Part shown: one piece after another, positions 10,988 to 19,718 of the stretch | Numbering within the stretch: the first letter of the stretch is position 1 | Layout: each line of letters opens with the position of its first letter | NCBI GenBank assembly: GCA_918797485.1 | Contig: CAKKNE010000004.1 | Coordinates: 5,270,001-5,314,222, forward strand | DNA: 44,222 nt | Reading direction: 5' to 3' | Source of the DNA: Pelagomonas calceolata | Taxonomy: Eukaryota | Notes under the pieces: model-generated | The model's input: only the letters and a program-made list of their open reading frames with translations | What the model was told of the DNA's origin: nothing | Databases searched by the model: none | Position numbers and translations under genes: made by a program

Positions 10988-12172
10988 ATGGCGACGCGAT
11001 ACGACTTTGGAGAGACGACAGTCTACAAAATCGCTCGCAAGGCGAGCCAAAACGCGCGGCAGCGCGACGCGAACGCCAAGGCCATGGGTACGCAGGACGA
11101 GGTAGACGCGCGGTTCGATGCGATCAAGGCGGAGATTAGCCGGCTAGAAAGCCTGCATGAGGACGATCGGCTCTCGGACCCCGCGGACCGGGCCTGTCTG
11201 TGCGGCGTCGGCATGGCACGGGCACTCGCGCAGCGACACCCTCTCATCCACACGGTAGCGTTCGTCCTGTGCGGTTCGCCCTTCTCGCGCAGAGGCTCGC
11301 TGGGCTTCGTGGGTGGCTCCCAGATAGCACCGCTGCTCGAGGCGCGCCGCTCGTTGGTAGAGCGGGCCGCCGCGCGGCGCGGTTGTTTCTCCGACGACGT
11401 TGTTGGCGACGTTGGCGATGTGGTCCCCGCAACTGCTTTCGTGACGCAATCGCAATTTGCCCCAGGACGTGTTCAATCCCTCAAAGACTACTACGACGGG
11501 TACGACCCGTCCGCGAAGCCCGGCGGATCCCGTGCTTTTTCTGTTCGGGTTTCACTCTGCTACAGCACCGTTGGAACAGCCTCTCTGCCTCCGGCCTTGT
11601 ACAAAGAGACGTCATGCGTCCCCGGCCTCTTCGCGCTCGAGGGCGCCACACACTCAGGAAACAATGTCCTCGTGCTCGCGTTGAAGGACGCGAACAATAT
11701 CAAGCGAGTCGTCGAGGTGCAGGTCAGCAAGCGGTCCGCGGGCGACGTGTTCGGCAGCTACACGAAGGAAGCGCTGGACCCCTTCGTGCAGATCAATGCG
11801 GACAATTACGAGGACTTGTTGTACACGACGATAAAGTACATCCCATTTGTTATGGGCAGAGTCAAAGGGTACACAAAAGCATGGGGCGACCTCTTCCAGG
11901 TGTTCGAAGCGGCACTGGTGGACGCCTTCGGGACGCCCTTAGTTGAGCCGGTTGCAGCAGCGCTGGACACAGATGACTTGAAGCCTGCGTACTGCCGTCA
12001 GGCGGAGCACCTATGGTTTCCTAAATGCACGCAAAATTACAGCCTCCGCCGGCGGGCGAGTCCGGCGATAGAGCTAGATCTCAATCCGAGGCGCCGCACG
12101 TGCAGATGGATGTCGAACAGCCAGTGCAACAGAGATGGGCGGCCGGCGACGTCGTCGGCGCTCCTGCAGTAG
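10988..12172 (+). CDS. Hypothetical protein; 3' end uncertain (may splice to the next ORF)
   Basis: 394-codon ATG ORF with normal globular composition up to about 12000. No family recognised. Confidence 0.55.
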   Translation: MATRYDFGETTVYKIARKASQNARQRDANAKAMGTQDEVDARFDAIKAEISRLESLHEDDRLSDPADRACLCGVGMARALAQRHPLIHTVAFVLCGSPFSRRGSLGFVGGSQIAPLLEARRSLVERAAARRGCFSDDVVGDVGDVVPATAFVTQSQFAPGRVQSLKDYYDGYDPSAKPGGSRAFSVRVSLCYSTVGTASLPPALYKETSCVPGLFALEGATHSGNNVLVLALKDANNIKRVVEVQVSKRSAGDVFGSYTKEALDPFVQINADNYEDLLYTTIKYIPFVMGRVKGYTKAWGDLFQVFEAALVDAFGTPLVEPVAAALDTDDLKPAYCRQAEHLWFPKCTQNYSLRRRASPAIELDLNPRRRTCRWMSNSQCNRDGRPATSSALLQ

Positions 12173-12831
12173 TCACGCGAGTCATGGCCTATTGCGCGAC
12201 GCTCGAAGACGTCTCGCGCCTGTCGCGCACGTGCCGCGGCGCCGCGCGCGCTCCGTGGCCGCCCGTCGCGCCCTGGATCCGTGCCGCGTCGGCGATTGCC
12301 GAGCCGCGGCGACGGCGACGGAGACGACGCGACGGGCCGGCGTTTGGCCGTCGCGTCGCGCACGCGCTCGTCGTGCGGATCGCGCTCCCCGAGGCCGTGA
12401 GGGCGACGATTGTTCGCGCGGTAGGCGACGCCGGCGCTATGAAGCGCGTCGTCGAAGAGGCGTCGGCGCGGGCGGCGGGCGTCATGGCGGTCAAGCTCGC
12501 GCCGGCGACGTGCCGCGCGCGGCGGACGGCGGCCATCTGCGTCCGGGCGATGGCGCACGCAGCCCTTGCGGGGGTCCTGGTCGCCGACGGACCGATGATC
12601 GCTCGCGAGGCCGCGGCGTCGGCGCTCACTTCTCTCCTGCGACGCGTCCGGTCGGGGCCGGAGCGCGCGCCGCGCGACGCGGTCCTCGCCGACCTTCGCG
12701 AGCGGGGGTTCGACGCGGATTTGGCGCGACTCGCGATGGGTGGCGATATTCGGGCGACGGCCGTCGTGCGGTCCGCGGCGCGGTTTCTGTCGCGGGCGCT
12801 CCTGTCGCGCGCGCGGCGGGACGCGGTCTGA
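12106..12831 (+). CDS. Hypothetical Ala/Arg-rich protein with a weak F-box-like segment; possibly the terminal exon of the upstream gene
   Basis: GTGCAG|ATG at 12105/12106 could be an acceptor or a start. VVGAPAVVTRVMAYCATLEDVSRLSRTCRG resembles an F-box core. Confidence 0.4.
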   Translation: MDVEQPVQQRWAAGDVVGAPAVVTRVMAYCATLEDVSRLSRTCRGAARAPWPPVAPWIRAASAIAEPRRRRRRRRDGPAFGRRVAHALVVRIALPEAVRATIVRAVGDAGAMKRVVEEASARAAGVMAVKLAPATCRARRTAAICVRAMAHAALAGVLVADGPMIAREAAASALTSLLRRVRSGPERAPRDAVLADLRERGFDADLARLAMGGDIRATAVVRSAARFLSRALLSRARRDAV

Positions 12832-12853
12832 CTTCTCCTTTCCTATTCCCTCC

Positions 12854-13093
12854 TTCTCTAATCTAATTTGTAGCATATCTCGCCATTGTGGCGCTTCTCG
12901 TGGCGGACCACTTGTTGCACCGAGTTCGAAACGTGATCGGAGCAGACAGATGAGCCGACTCGGACTTCTACTCCTGGCTGGAGGTACCTTTGCTTTCCCT
13001 TTCTCTAATCTAATCTGTAGCATATAGATTGCCAGTAGTGTGGCGCTTCTCGTGGCGGACCACTTGTTTGCACCGAGTTCGAATGATCGGAGC
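12854..13093. repeat. Intergenic imperfect direct repeat, 2 x ~90 bp (12854-12943, 13001-13093)
   Basis: Both copies read TTCTCTAATCTAAT.TGTAGCATAT...TGTGGCGCTTCTCGTGGCGGACCACTTGTT(T)GCACCGAGTTCGAA...TGATCGGAGC. Confidence 0.9.
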
Positions 13094-13133
13094 CGGGGCG
13101 TGCGTCGTACTAGTAATAACAACAACAGTTAAT

Positions 13134-15464
13134 TTACTCAAGCCCCGCATACAGCGACCCCACGCCCATAGCAGCAGGCGACGTTTTGGAGCGCCGGAGC
13201 CCGCGTCCGCCGCGACCGCGTCCCCGGCCGCCGCCGCCACGCCCACCCATAGGCCCGCCAGCCATCTGCAGCGCCTTGTGCGAGCACGCGATCTTGAACT
13301 TCAGGGAGTTTGCCGGCTCCAAGCGGAGCCGCGCGACGATGCCGACGGCTCCTCCTTCGACAGAGGCCGTCGCTTCGAGCTTCTTCTTCTTCTTGGCGGG
13401 CTGATCCTGCTCGTCGACGATGGTCACGCCCTCGGAGCCCGCGAATTTCATCGTGATCTCCACGGTGCTCTCGGGCCTGTCGTTGTTGTAGAGCGCGAAG
13501 ACCGCGTATCTCGTGCCCTCCACGGCGACCTCGCGCTTGACGAGCGCCGCCTTGCCCTTGGCGAGCTTCGCGACCTCCGTGGCCGCACCGTCGGGCTTTG
13601 GCGGGAACACGACGTCCGCGAGGCTGGATACGTCCGCCGCGGTGCCGCGCTCGAGGACGGTCCCCTTTTGCTTTGGCGCGGTGCCCCCGCCGCGGTGGAC
13701 GCTCACGGCGCCGCTCTTCTCCCGCCGCAGGAGATCGAGGTTCTCCCGGGCCTGTGCCGCGTACGGGTCCTTTGTTTGCTCGGCGACGGCCAGCGCCTTG
13801 ACAAAGGACGCCTCCGCTTTTTCGAGGTCGCCCTTCGACTGGAGCAGCAGGCCGAGGTTGCCCGCCCGGCGCGCCACAGCAGGGTGGTGTTCCCCTTGGA
13901 TCTTCTCCGTGAGGCCGAGCGCCGCGGTCATGTGGCCGATCGCGTCGTCCAGTTCCCCGAGCTTGTGGCAGATCGTCGCGGCATTGTTCCGCAGGGCCGC
14001 GAGCTCGATGGCCTCCGCGCCCGACGCCCGGATCCGCCGCGCGACTGCGTCCTCCACAACGGTCTTCGCCTCCCTCAGTGCCTTGTCGTCGCCGATCGAC
14101 TCGAGGACCGCCGCTAAATTGCACGATACGGCCGAGACCTTGTCGTCGTCGTCGCCGTAGTAGGCCAGGACCTCGCGCAAATACTCGGCGGCAGTCGCGT
14201 AGCGCTTCTTCGCTGTCGACTTCTTCTCCTTGGCGTCGTGGTCCGCCAGGGCGCCGGCCGCGGCGGCGACCGTGTTCAGGGCCGCAAAATACTCGGCCGG
14301 CGCAGCTTTCCGTCGTTTCTCCGCCTCGGCGAGCGCTTCGCTGGCAAGATTGTACGCGCGCTCGAAGTCGCCCGCCAGTCGCGCAGCCTTGGCTCGCCCA
14401 CCGCGAGCCGTATTTCGCACCCAGTCCGAAACAACCGAAGTCGAGTCCTTCACAGCTTCCTCGGCCTGGACGTACAGCGTCTCGGCCAGGTCGTACGCGC
14501 CCCCGAGCACTTCGACCTCAGCTGCTTCGACGAGCAGCGTGGCGTGGCGTACGGGGCGGTACGGCTCGCCAAGCGCTTCGCAGGCCGCCGGAGCGCGCGC
14601 GCCGACGAGCGCCGACGCCACCGTCCGCGCCAGGCCCACCTCGCACATCTGACGCAGCAAGGACCAGACCGCCCGCAGCTCGTCCTCGTTCGCCTGGGCG
14701 TCCGCGCAGAGCTCGAGCACCGCATCCGCGTCCACGCCGCCGTTGTTCCATCTTTCCAGAACGTCCATGCGCTGTGCGACGACCGTGGCCTCGTTGCCGG
14801 CGAAATACGAGCGGAAGAACTCGTAGTGCGCGTGGCTGTCGCTGCGCTTGGCGATGGCCTTGACCTCGGTCACGTGGATCTGGATCTCGCAAATGTGACC
14901 TTCCACGTCGACGTTGCAGAGACAGTCCCGAAAGCCGCAAAAGGTCGGGTTCGCAAAGCGATTTTTGACGCGCACGACCTCGAAGCGCTCCGCGACGCCG
15001 TCGTACGCCGCCATGACGGCGTCGATCGAGCTCACGAATATGGCGCCTCTCACCACATCTTTCACCGCTTGCGAGGGGTATTTTTCGTCGGCGTAGTCGT
15101 CGGCCATCTTCTCGAGCACGCGCGTGCGCCGCTTCAGCGGCGCGACCTTGCACTCGACGTCTCCGGGGCAGGCGGCCGCCGCGGCCTCGAGGCGCGTGCC
15201 GAACTCGCCGAGGACGGCATTGGCTTGCGCGAAGAGCTCGTCGACGGTCTTGGTGGTCTGCTTCCGCTCGGTGTCGCCCTCTACGCTGAGCGTCTCCAGT
15301 CGCCGCGCCGCCTCGGGCGCGGCCGCGCAGAGTTCCGCGTACAGCCGCTCGCTCTCCTGGCGCTGCCCGAGGAACGCCTTCACCCTGGCGAAGAATTCGA
15401 CCGTCTCCGGTCGCAAGGCCACGGCGGCAGCTTTGTCTTTTGTTAGCTTGGCTGGGGTTGGCAT
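13134..15464 (-). CDS. RelA/SpoT-synthetase-like nucleotidyltransferase domain fused to a TPR array and a C-terminal beta-rich domain
   Basis: PLKRRTRVLEK...KDVVRG...VVRVKNRF...GFRDCLCNV...ICEIQIH...HAHYEFFR. Kinesin-light-chain-type TPRs include NNAATICHKLGELDDAIGHMTAALGLTEKIQGEHHPAVARRAGNLGLLLQSKGDLEKAEASFVKAL. First ATG is at 15464 (the ORF-track start at 15548 is TTG). Confidence 0.75.
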   Translation of the reverse strand: MPTPAKLTKDKAAAVALRPETVEFFARVKAFLGQRQESERLYAELCAAAPEAARRLETLSVEGDTERKQTTKTVDELFAQANAVLGEFGTRLEAAAAACPGDVECKVAPLKRRTRVLEKMADDYADEKYPSQAVKDVVRGAIFVSSIDAVMAAYDGVAERFEVVRVKNRFANPTFCGFRDCLCNVDVEGHICEIQIHVTEVKAIAKRSDSHAHYEFFRSYFAGNEATVVAQRMDVLERWNNGGVDADAVLELCADAQANEDELRAVWSLLRQMCEVGLARTVASALVGARAPAACEALGEPYRPVRHATLLVEAAEVEVLGGAYDLAETLYVQAEEAVKDSTSVVSDWVRNTARGGRAKAARLAGDFERAYNLASEALAEAEKRRKAAPAEYFAALNTVAAAAGALADHDAKEKKSTAKKRYATAAEYLREVLAYYGDDDDKVSAVSCNLAAVLESIGDDKALREAKTVVEDAVARRIRASGAEAIELAALRNNAATICHKLGELDDAIGHMTAALGLTEKIQGEHHPAVARRAGNLGLLLQSKGDLEKAEASFVKALAVAEQTKDPYAAQARENLDLLRREKSGAVSVHRGGGTAPKQKGTVLERGTAADVSSLADVVFPPKPDGAATEVAKLAKGKAALVKREVAVEGTRYAVFALYNNDRPESTVEITMKFAGSEGVTIVDEQDQPAKKKKKLEATASVEGGAVGIVARLRLEPANSLKFKIACSHKALQMAGGPMGGRGGGGRGRGRGGRGLRRSKTSPAAMGVGSLYAGLE

Positions 15465-16007
15465 GATGGGGCTACCACGGTACCCCGCTACCACGGTACC
15501 CGAGGCAAAAACGGCCCAGGCAAGCCAGCAGCCTGGCAATGGGGCCAAAGCTGCCCGAGCCGTCTCGTGGGCTTCGAGACCGCGTCAAGTTGTGGCAGGC
15601 AAGTCAGCAGGCAGCCTTTTGCACGTGTCTTTGCCCACGCTTGCGTTGTTTGCCGGACTGGAAAATGGGGTGCGAAACCCGCGCGATACAGAAGACTGCT
15701 TCCCGTCCTTAACACGCTCTCCGCCACGCGTGGGCCACCGATGGTGCGACTGATCGTGAGACGACCCGCAGCCGGCGAGACTTCATCGATCACGTAAAAC
15801 GTGGAGGTGCTACTCTGTGCAACTGCACTCTGTGTGCATCTGCGCATCGACAACAGTGCATAGCTTGCACTACTTGTGCGTACTCAAGTTTGCTCGCCGC
15901 AACGGTACGCAACAAGCGAGCGAAGCAGCAAGCCCCAGCAGCATCCTGCAAAAGCGGCCGCCGACGCCGCACGCATACGCTTCATAAGAACGCGCGAAGC
16001 AGCAGCG

Positions 16008-18854
16008 ATGCAACGCAGCGTCGTAGCGCTCCTCCTCGCCGCGGCGACCGCGCCGCTGGCCTCGAGTAACGTGATCGGCATCGACTTCGGCACGGAGTTC
16101 ATGAAGGTCGCGCTCGTCCAGCCCGGCTCGCCGCTCGAGATCGTCACGAACACCGTGAGTAAGCGCAAGAGCGAAACCGTGGTCGCATTCGTGCGCGGCG
16201 AGCGCCTCTTCGCGTCCGACGCGTACGGGTCGCTGTCGCGCAAGCCGGAACAGTCGTACGCCCGACTGACCGAGTACCTCGGCCGCTCCGAGACGCATCC
16301 GTCCATCGAGACGCTGCGGACCAAGTCGTACTTCCCGACGACGACGCGGTTCAACGAGAGCCGCGGCGCCCTCGCCATCGCCGCGCCCAAGTCCACGACG
16401 GAGGACTACGGCGGCGGCTGGGACGAGTGGCAGCCCGAGGAGCTCGTCGCCATGGTGCTGACGTACGCCAAGGACATCACGCGCGCGTACGGCGGCAACG
16501 TGGTCCGCGATTGCGTGATCACGGTGCCCATGTCCGCGACGCAGATCGAGCGCGAGGCCCTGCTCGCGGCGGCGGAGCTCGCGGACCTGCGCGTCCTGTC
16601 CCTGATCGAGGCGAACACGGCCGCCGCGCTGCAGTTCGGCCTCGACCGCAAGTTCGACGAGCCGCGCAAGGTGCTCTTCTACAACGCGGGCTCGGAGTCG
16701 ATCCAGGCGTCCGTCGTCGAGTACTCGACCTTCGTCGAGGGCACCAAGGTCAAGAACAAGACCATCGGCCAGTTCGAGGTCCTGGGCAAGGGCTGGGCGC
16801 GGGGCGCGGGCGGCTTCCACGTCGACCTGGCCCTGGCCGAGACGATCGCCGACGCGTTCAACGAGCAGTGGAAGAAGAAGAAGAAGGGCAAGGCCGGCGA
16901 CGTGCGCACCTTGGCCCGGCCGATGGCGAAGATCCGCGCGAGCGCCAAGAAGACCAAGGAGGTCCTGAGCGCGAACGAGAAGATCCCCGTCAACATTCCG
17001 TCCCTGCACGACGACATCGACTTCCACATGATGGTCACGCGCAAGGACTTGGAGGCGGCGGCCGCGGATGTGCTGGCCAAGGCGATGCAGCCCGTGCAGG
17101 ACGCGCTCGCCAAGGCGAACGCGACGGTCGACGACCTGCACGGCGTCGAGATCATCGGCGGCGGCGTGCGCGTGCCGAAGATCCAGGAGATGCTCCGGGA
17201 CTTCTTCGCCGCGGGCCGGACGAACAAGTCGGACCCGCTCGAGCTCGGCCTCCACCTCAACGGCGACGAGGCGCCGGCCCTGGGCGCCGCGTTCCACGGC
17301 GCCAACGTCTCGACGAGCTTCCGCGTGCGCAAGGTCGGCATGCTCGACTACGCGCAGCACGCGCTCGGCGTGCGCATGACGAACGACCTCTACGCGGAGA
17401 GCGTCCGCGAGGGCGGCGGCCTCATGGGCTTCTTCAAGGGCGGCACGAAGAAGAAGGACGATGGCGACGAGTCGCCGGAGGACTGGCACAAGCGCGCGAC
17501 GCTCTTCAAGGCCGGCGCGCGGCTCGGCGCCAAGCCGCGGACCATCGCCTTCCACCACGACGCGGACATCGTCTGCGAGCTGGCGTACGACGATGTCGAC
17601 AAGCTGCCGCCCGGCACGCCGAAGACGGTCGCCCTGTACAACATCTCGGGCATTGCCGCGTTCGCCGCCGACATGGCCAAGCAAAACACGACGGGCCAGC
17701 TGCCGCGGCCCAAGGTCCAGCTCTCCTTCACGCTCGACGCGTCCGGCATCGCGTCGCTCTCCAAGGCCGAGGTGTCCGTCGTGGAGGAGTACGAAGTCGA
17801 CGCGCCGCCGCCCAAGGCCGAGCCCAAGGCCGAGGACAACGCGACGGCCGAGAACGCGACCGAGGCCAACGCGACGGACGACGCCGAGGCGGCGGAGGCG
17901 GCCAAGGACGACGACAAGCCGGCGGAGGCGGCCGCCGAGGCGCCGACGGAGGCCGCGGCCGACGCGGCGACGGGCGAGGCCGCGCCCGAGGCGAACGCGT
18001 CGGACGCCGCCAACGCCACGGGCGCGGCGCCGGGCAAGGTCCTCAAGAAGAAGACGCACAAGCGCACGCTTACGGTGACGCCGAGCACGGCGGGCCTGCG
18101 CCAGTGGGCGCCGCGGCGCTCCGACGTCGCCGACGCGTTCGACCGGCTGGCGGCGATCGCCGCGGCCGAGAAGGAGCGCCGCGCGCGTGAGGGCGCGAAG
18201 AACGACCTCGAGGCGGCCATCTACCGCGTGCGCAACGCGCTCGACGACCGCGCGAAGGAGATCGAGCCCGTGTCGACGAAGAAGCAGCGCGAAGAGATCT
18301 CATCGACGTCGCGTGAGCTCGAGGACTGGCTCTACGAGGCCGACGCCGAGCCCGCGGCGACGTTCAATGACAAGCGCACGGCCTTTGAGGCCCTGTGGAA
18401 TGCAGTCGTGGGCCGCGCGGAGGAGCTGGCCGCGCGGCCCAAGGCCATCGAGAAGTTCCGCAAGGCCCTCGCTCTGGCCAAGAAGAACGCGACGGAGGTC
18501 TGGCCCGACGAGCGGCCCTGGCTCGAGCAGGAGGACCTCGACGCGCTCGTCAAGAAGGCTGACGACGCCGGCGCATGGCTCGACGACCAGGAGAAGGCTC
18601 AGAAAAAACTCAAGAACCACGACGAGCCCGCCTTCCGCGTGGCAGAGCTCAACGCGAAGCTTAAGCCGACGGTCGTCCTCGCGGCGCGCCTCAACGCGAA
18701 GAAGAAGCCCGTGGTCGTCGAGGACGTCAACGCGACGAATGCGACGGACGTCAACGCTACCGACGGCAACGCCACGGATGCGAACGCGACGGAGCCCGAG
18801 CCGGAGAGCGAGGAGGACGCGAAGGTCACGGAGGAGATGAAGGACGAGCTATAA
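16008..18854 (+). CDS. HYOU1: ER-luminal Hsp70/Hsp110-family chaperone (HYOU1/Grp170/Lhs1)
   Basis: Signal peptide, VIGIDFGTEFMKVA, EIIGGGVRVPKIQ, LNGDEA, AKNDLEA, acidic loops rich in NAT sequons, and C-terminal KDEL. Confidence 0.93.
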   Translation: MQRSVVALLLAAATAPLASSNVIGIDFGTEFMKVALVQPGSPLEIVTNTVSKRKSETVVAFVRGERLFASDAYGSLSRKPEQSYARLTEYLGRSETHPSIETLRTKSYFPTTTRFNESRGALAIAAPKSTTEDYGGGWDEWQPEELVAMVLTYAKDITRAYGGNVVRDCVITVPMSATQIEREALLAAAELADLRVLSLIEANTAAALQFGLDRKFDEPRKVLFYNAGSESIQASVVEYSTFVEGTKVKNKTIGQFEVLGKGWARGAGGFHVDLALAETIADAFNEQWKKKKKGKAGDVRTLARPMAKIRASAKKTKEVLSANEKIPVNIPSLHDDIDFHMMVTRKDLEAAAADVLAKAMQPVQDALAKANATVDDLHGVEIIGGGVRVPKIQEMLRDFFAAGRTNKSDPLELGLHLNGDEAPALGAAFHGANVSTSFRVRKVGMLDYAQHALGVRMTNDLYAESVREGGGLMGFFKGGTKKKDDGDESPEDWHKRATLFKAGARLGAKPRTIAFHHDADIVCELAYDDVDKLPPGTPKTVALYNISGIAAFAADMAKQNTTGQLPRPKVQLSFTLDASGIASLSKAEVSVVEEYEVDAPPPKAEPKAEDNATAENATEANATDDAEAAEAAKDDDKPAEAAAEAPTEAAADAATGEAAPEANASDAANATGAAPGKVLKKKTHKRTLTVTPSTAGLRQWAPRRSDVADAFDRLAAIAAAEKERRAREGAKNDLEAAIYRVRNALDDRAKEIEPVSTKKQREEISSTSRELEDWLYEADAEPAATFNDKRTAFEALWNAVVGRAEELAARPKAIEKFRKALALAKKNATEVWPDERPWLEQEDLDALVKKADDAGAWLDDQEKAQKKLKNHDEPAFRVAELNAKLKPTVVLAARLNAKKKPVVVEDVNATNATDVNATDGNATDANATEPEPESEEDAKVTEEMKDEL

Positions 18855-19109
18855 GGGCCGTCCCCGCGCTCGCGCTATGTGATTTAAAGTATCTTCTTCC
18901 AATGCATATGCAATGCCTAGCGGCTGGTCTTATTCGCGGGTTTTCCACACTGCGAGCCGTCCGGGTCCGAACAAGCGAGTCTTCACTCTGTAGGTCGAGA
19001 ATACAAGTTGAGGGTCGACGCGAGGCCCACACGTGCCGCTCGTGCGGTTTCACGTGACTCCAAGCTCCAGAGGAAGGGCCTCAAGTGCTCTCTGAAGATA
19101 AAAGGCAAA

Positions 19110-19697
19110 ATGCTTCAACCGGCCGAGGAGGCGCCGCCGCCCGCGCCAATCCCTCTGCCGACCGAGGAGGACGAGACCGCCGCCAGGGAAGCCCATCCGG
19201 AAGCCGCGGCGGCACTGCAACGCGCCGAGGACGCGCTTGCGTGGGCTAAGCAAACCGACGACGACGAGCAAATTGCGCTGGCGCGATTGGCATTTCTGCG
19301 GCACGCACCCCCAAGGGCTCAACTGGCGGCCTTGGTTGAACTCCTTTCTCGTGCCGAAGAAGAAGACCACAACGGCCAGGCCGCACAATTGCTGCGGGCG
19401 CTCCGCGACAAGGTCTTGCGGAAGGTGCAGCAGAAGGAAGAGTTCCTGGTCCGTCGCGCCGCGACTCGCGCTGAGCTCAAAGAACGACGACGAGAGCTCC
19501 ACGTATTCTTGCTCGCGACGGCGGAACCCAAGGGGGTCGAGGCCGCATTTGTATTGCGGCACAAGGCCCGCGCGCTACGGCAGATCGGCGAATTTATCGT
19601 GGGGCCACTCGGTTCGGCGCAACGCGAGGAAGCTGCCCGTTTCGCGGAGGTGAGCCATCTCTTTGTCGCGCCGGCACGGTTAGATGAGATTAGATGA
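19110..19697 (+). CDS. Hypothetical helical protein
   Basis: ATG after an A-rich leader (AAAATG); 195-aa ORF with plausible composition. No family recognised. Confidence 0.5.
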   Translation: MLQPAEEAPPPAPIPLPTEEDETAAREAHPEAAAALQRAEDALAWAKQTDDDEQIALARLAFLRHAPPRAQLAALVELLSRAEEEDHNGQAAQLLRALRDKVLRKVQQKEEFLVRRAATRAELKERRRELHVFLLATAEPKGVEAAFVLRHKARALRQIGEFIVGPLGSAQREEAARFAEVSHLFVAPARLDEIR

Positions 19698-19718
19698 GCG
19701 GTAGTTCTAAACAAACCA

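Noticed and set aside
12890..12945. tRNA gene suggested by GTTCGAA
   Set aside because: No acceptor, D or anticodon stems could be folded by eye.
15465..15548. Hydrophobic signal-like extension on the synthetase-TPR ORF
   Set aside because: It starts at TTG rather than ATG, so it is probably 5' UTR.
15870..18059. Long antisense and alternate-frame ORFs (e.g. 729 aa opposite HYOU1; also 23453-25066, 26417-28435, 35919-37532)
   Set aside because: Shadow ORFs expected from extreme GC3 bias. They are Arg/Gly/Ala-rich with no motifs and overlap well-supported genes.
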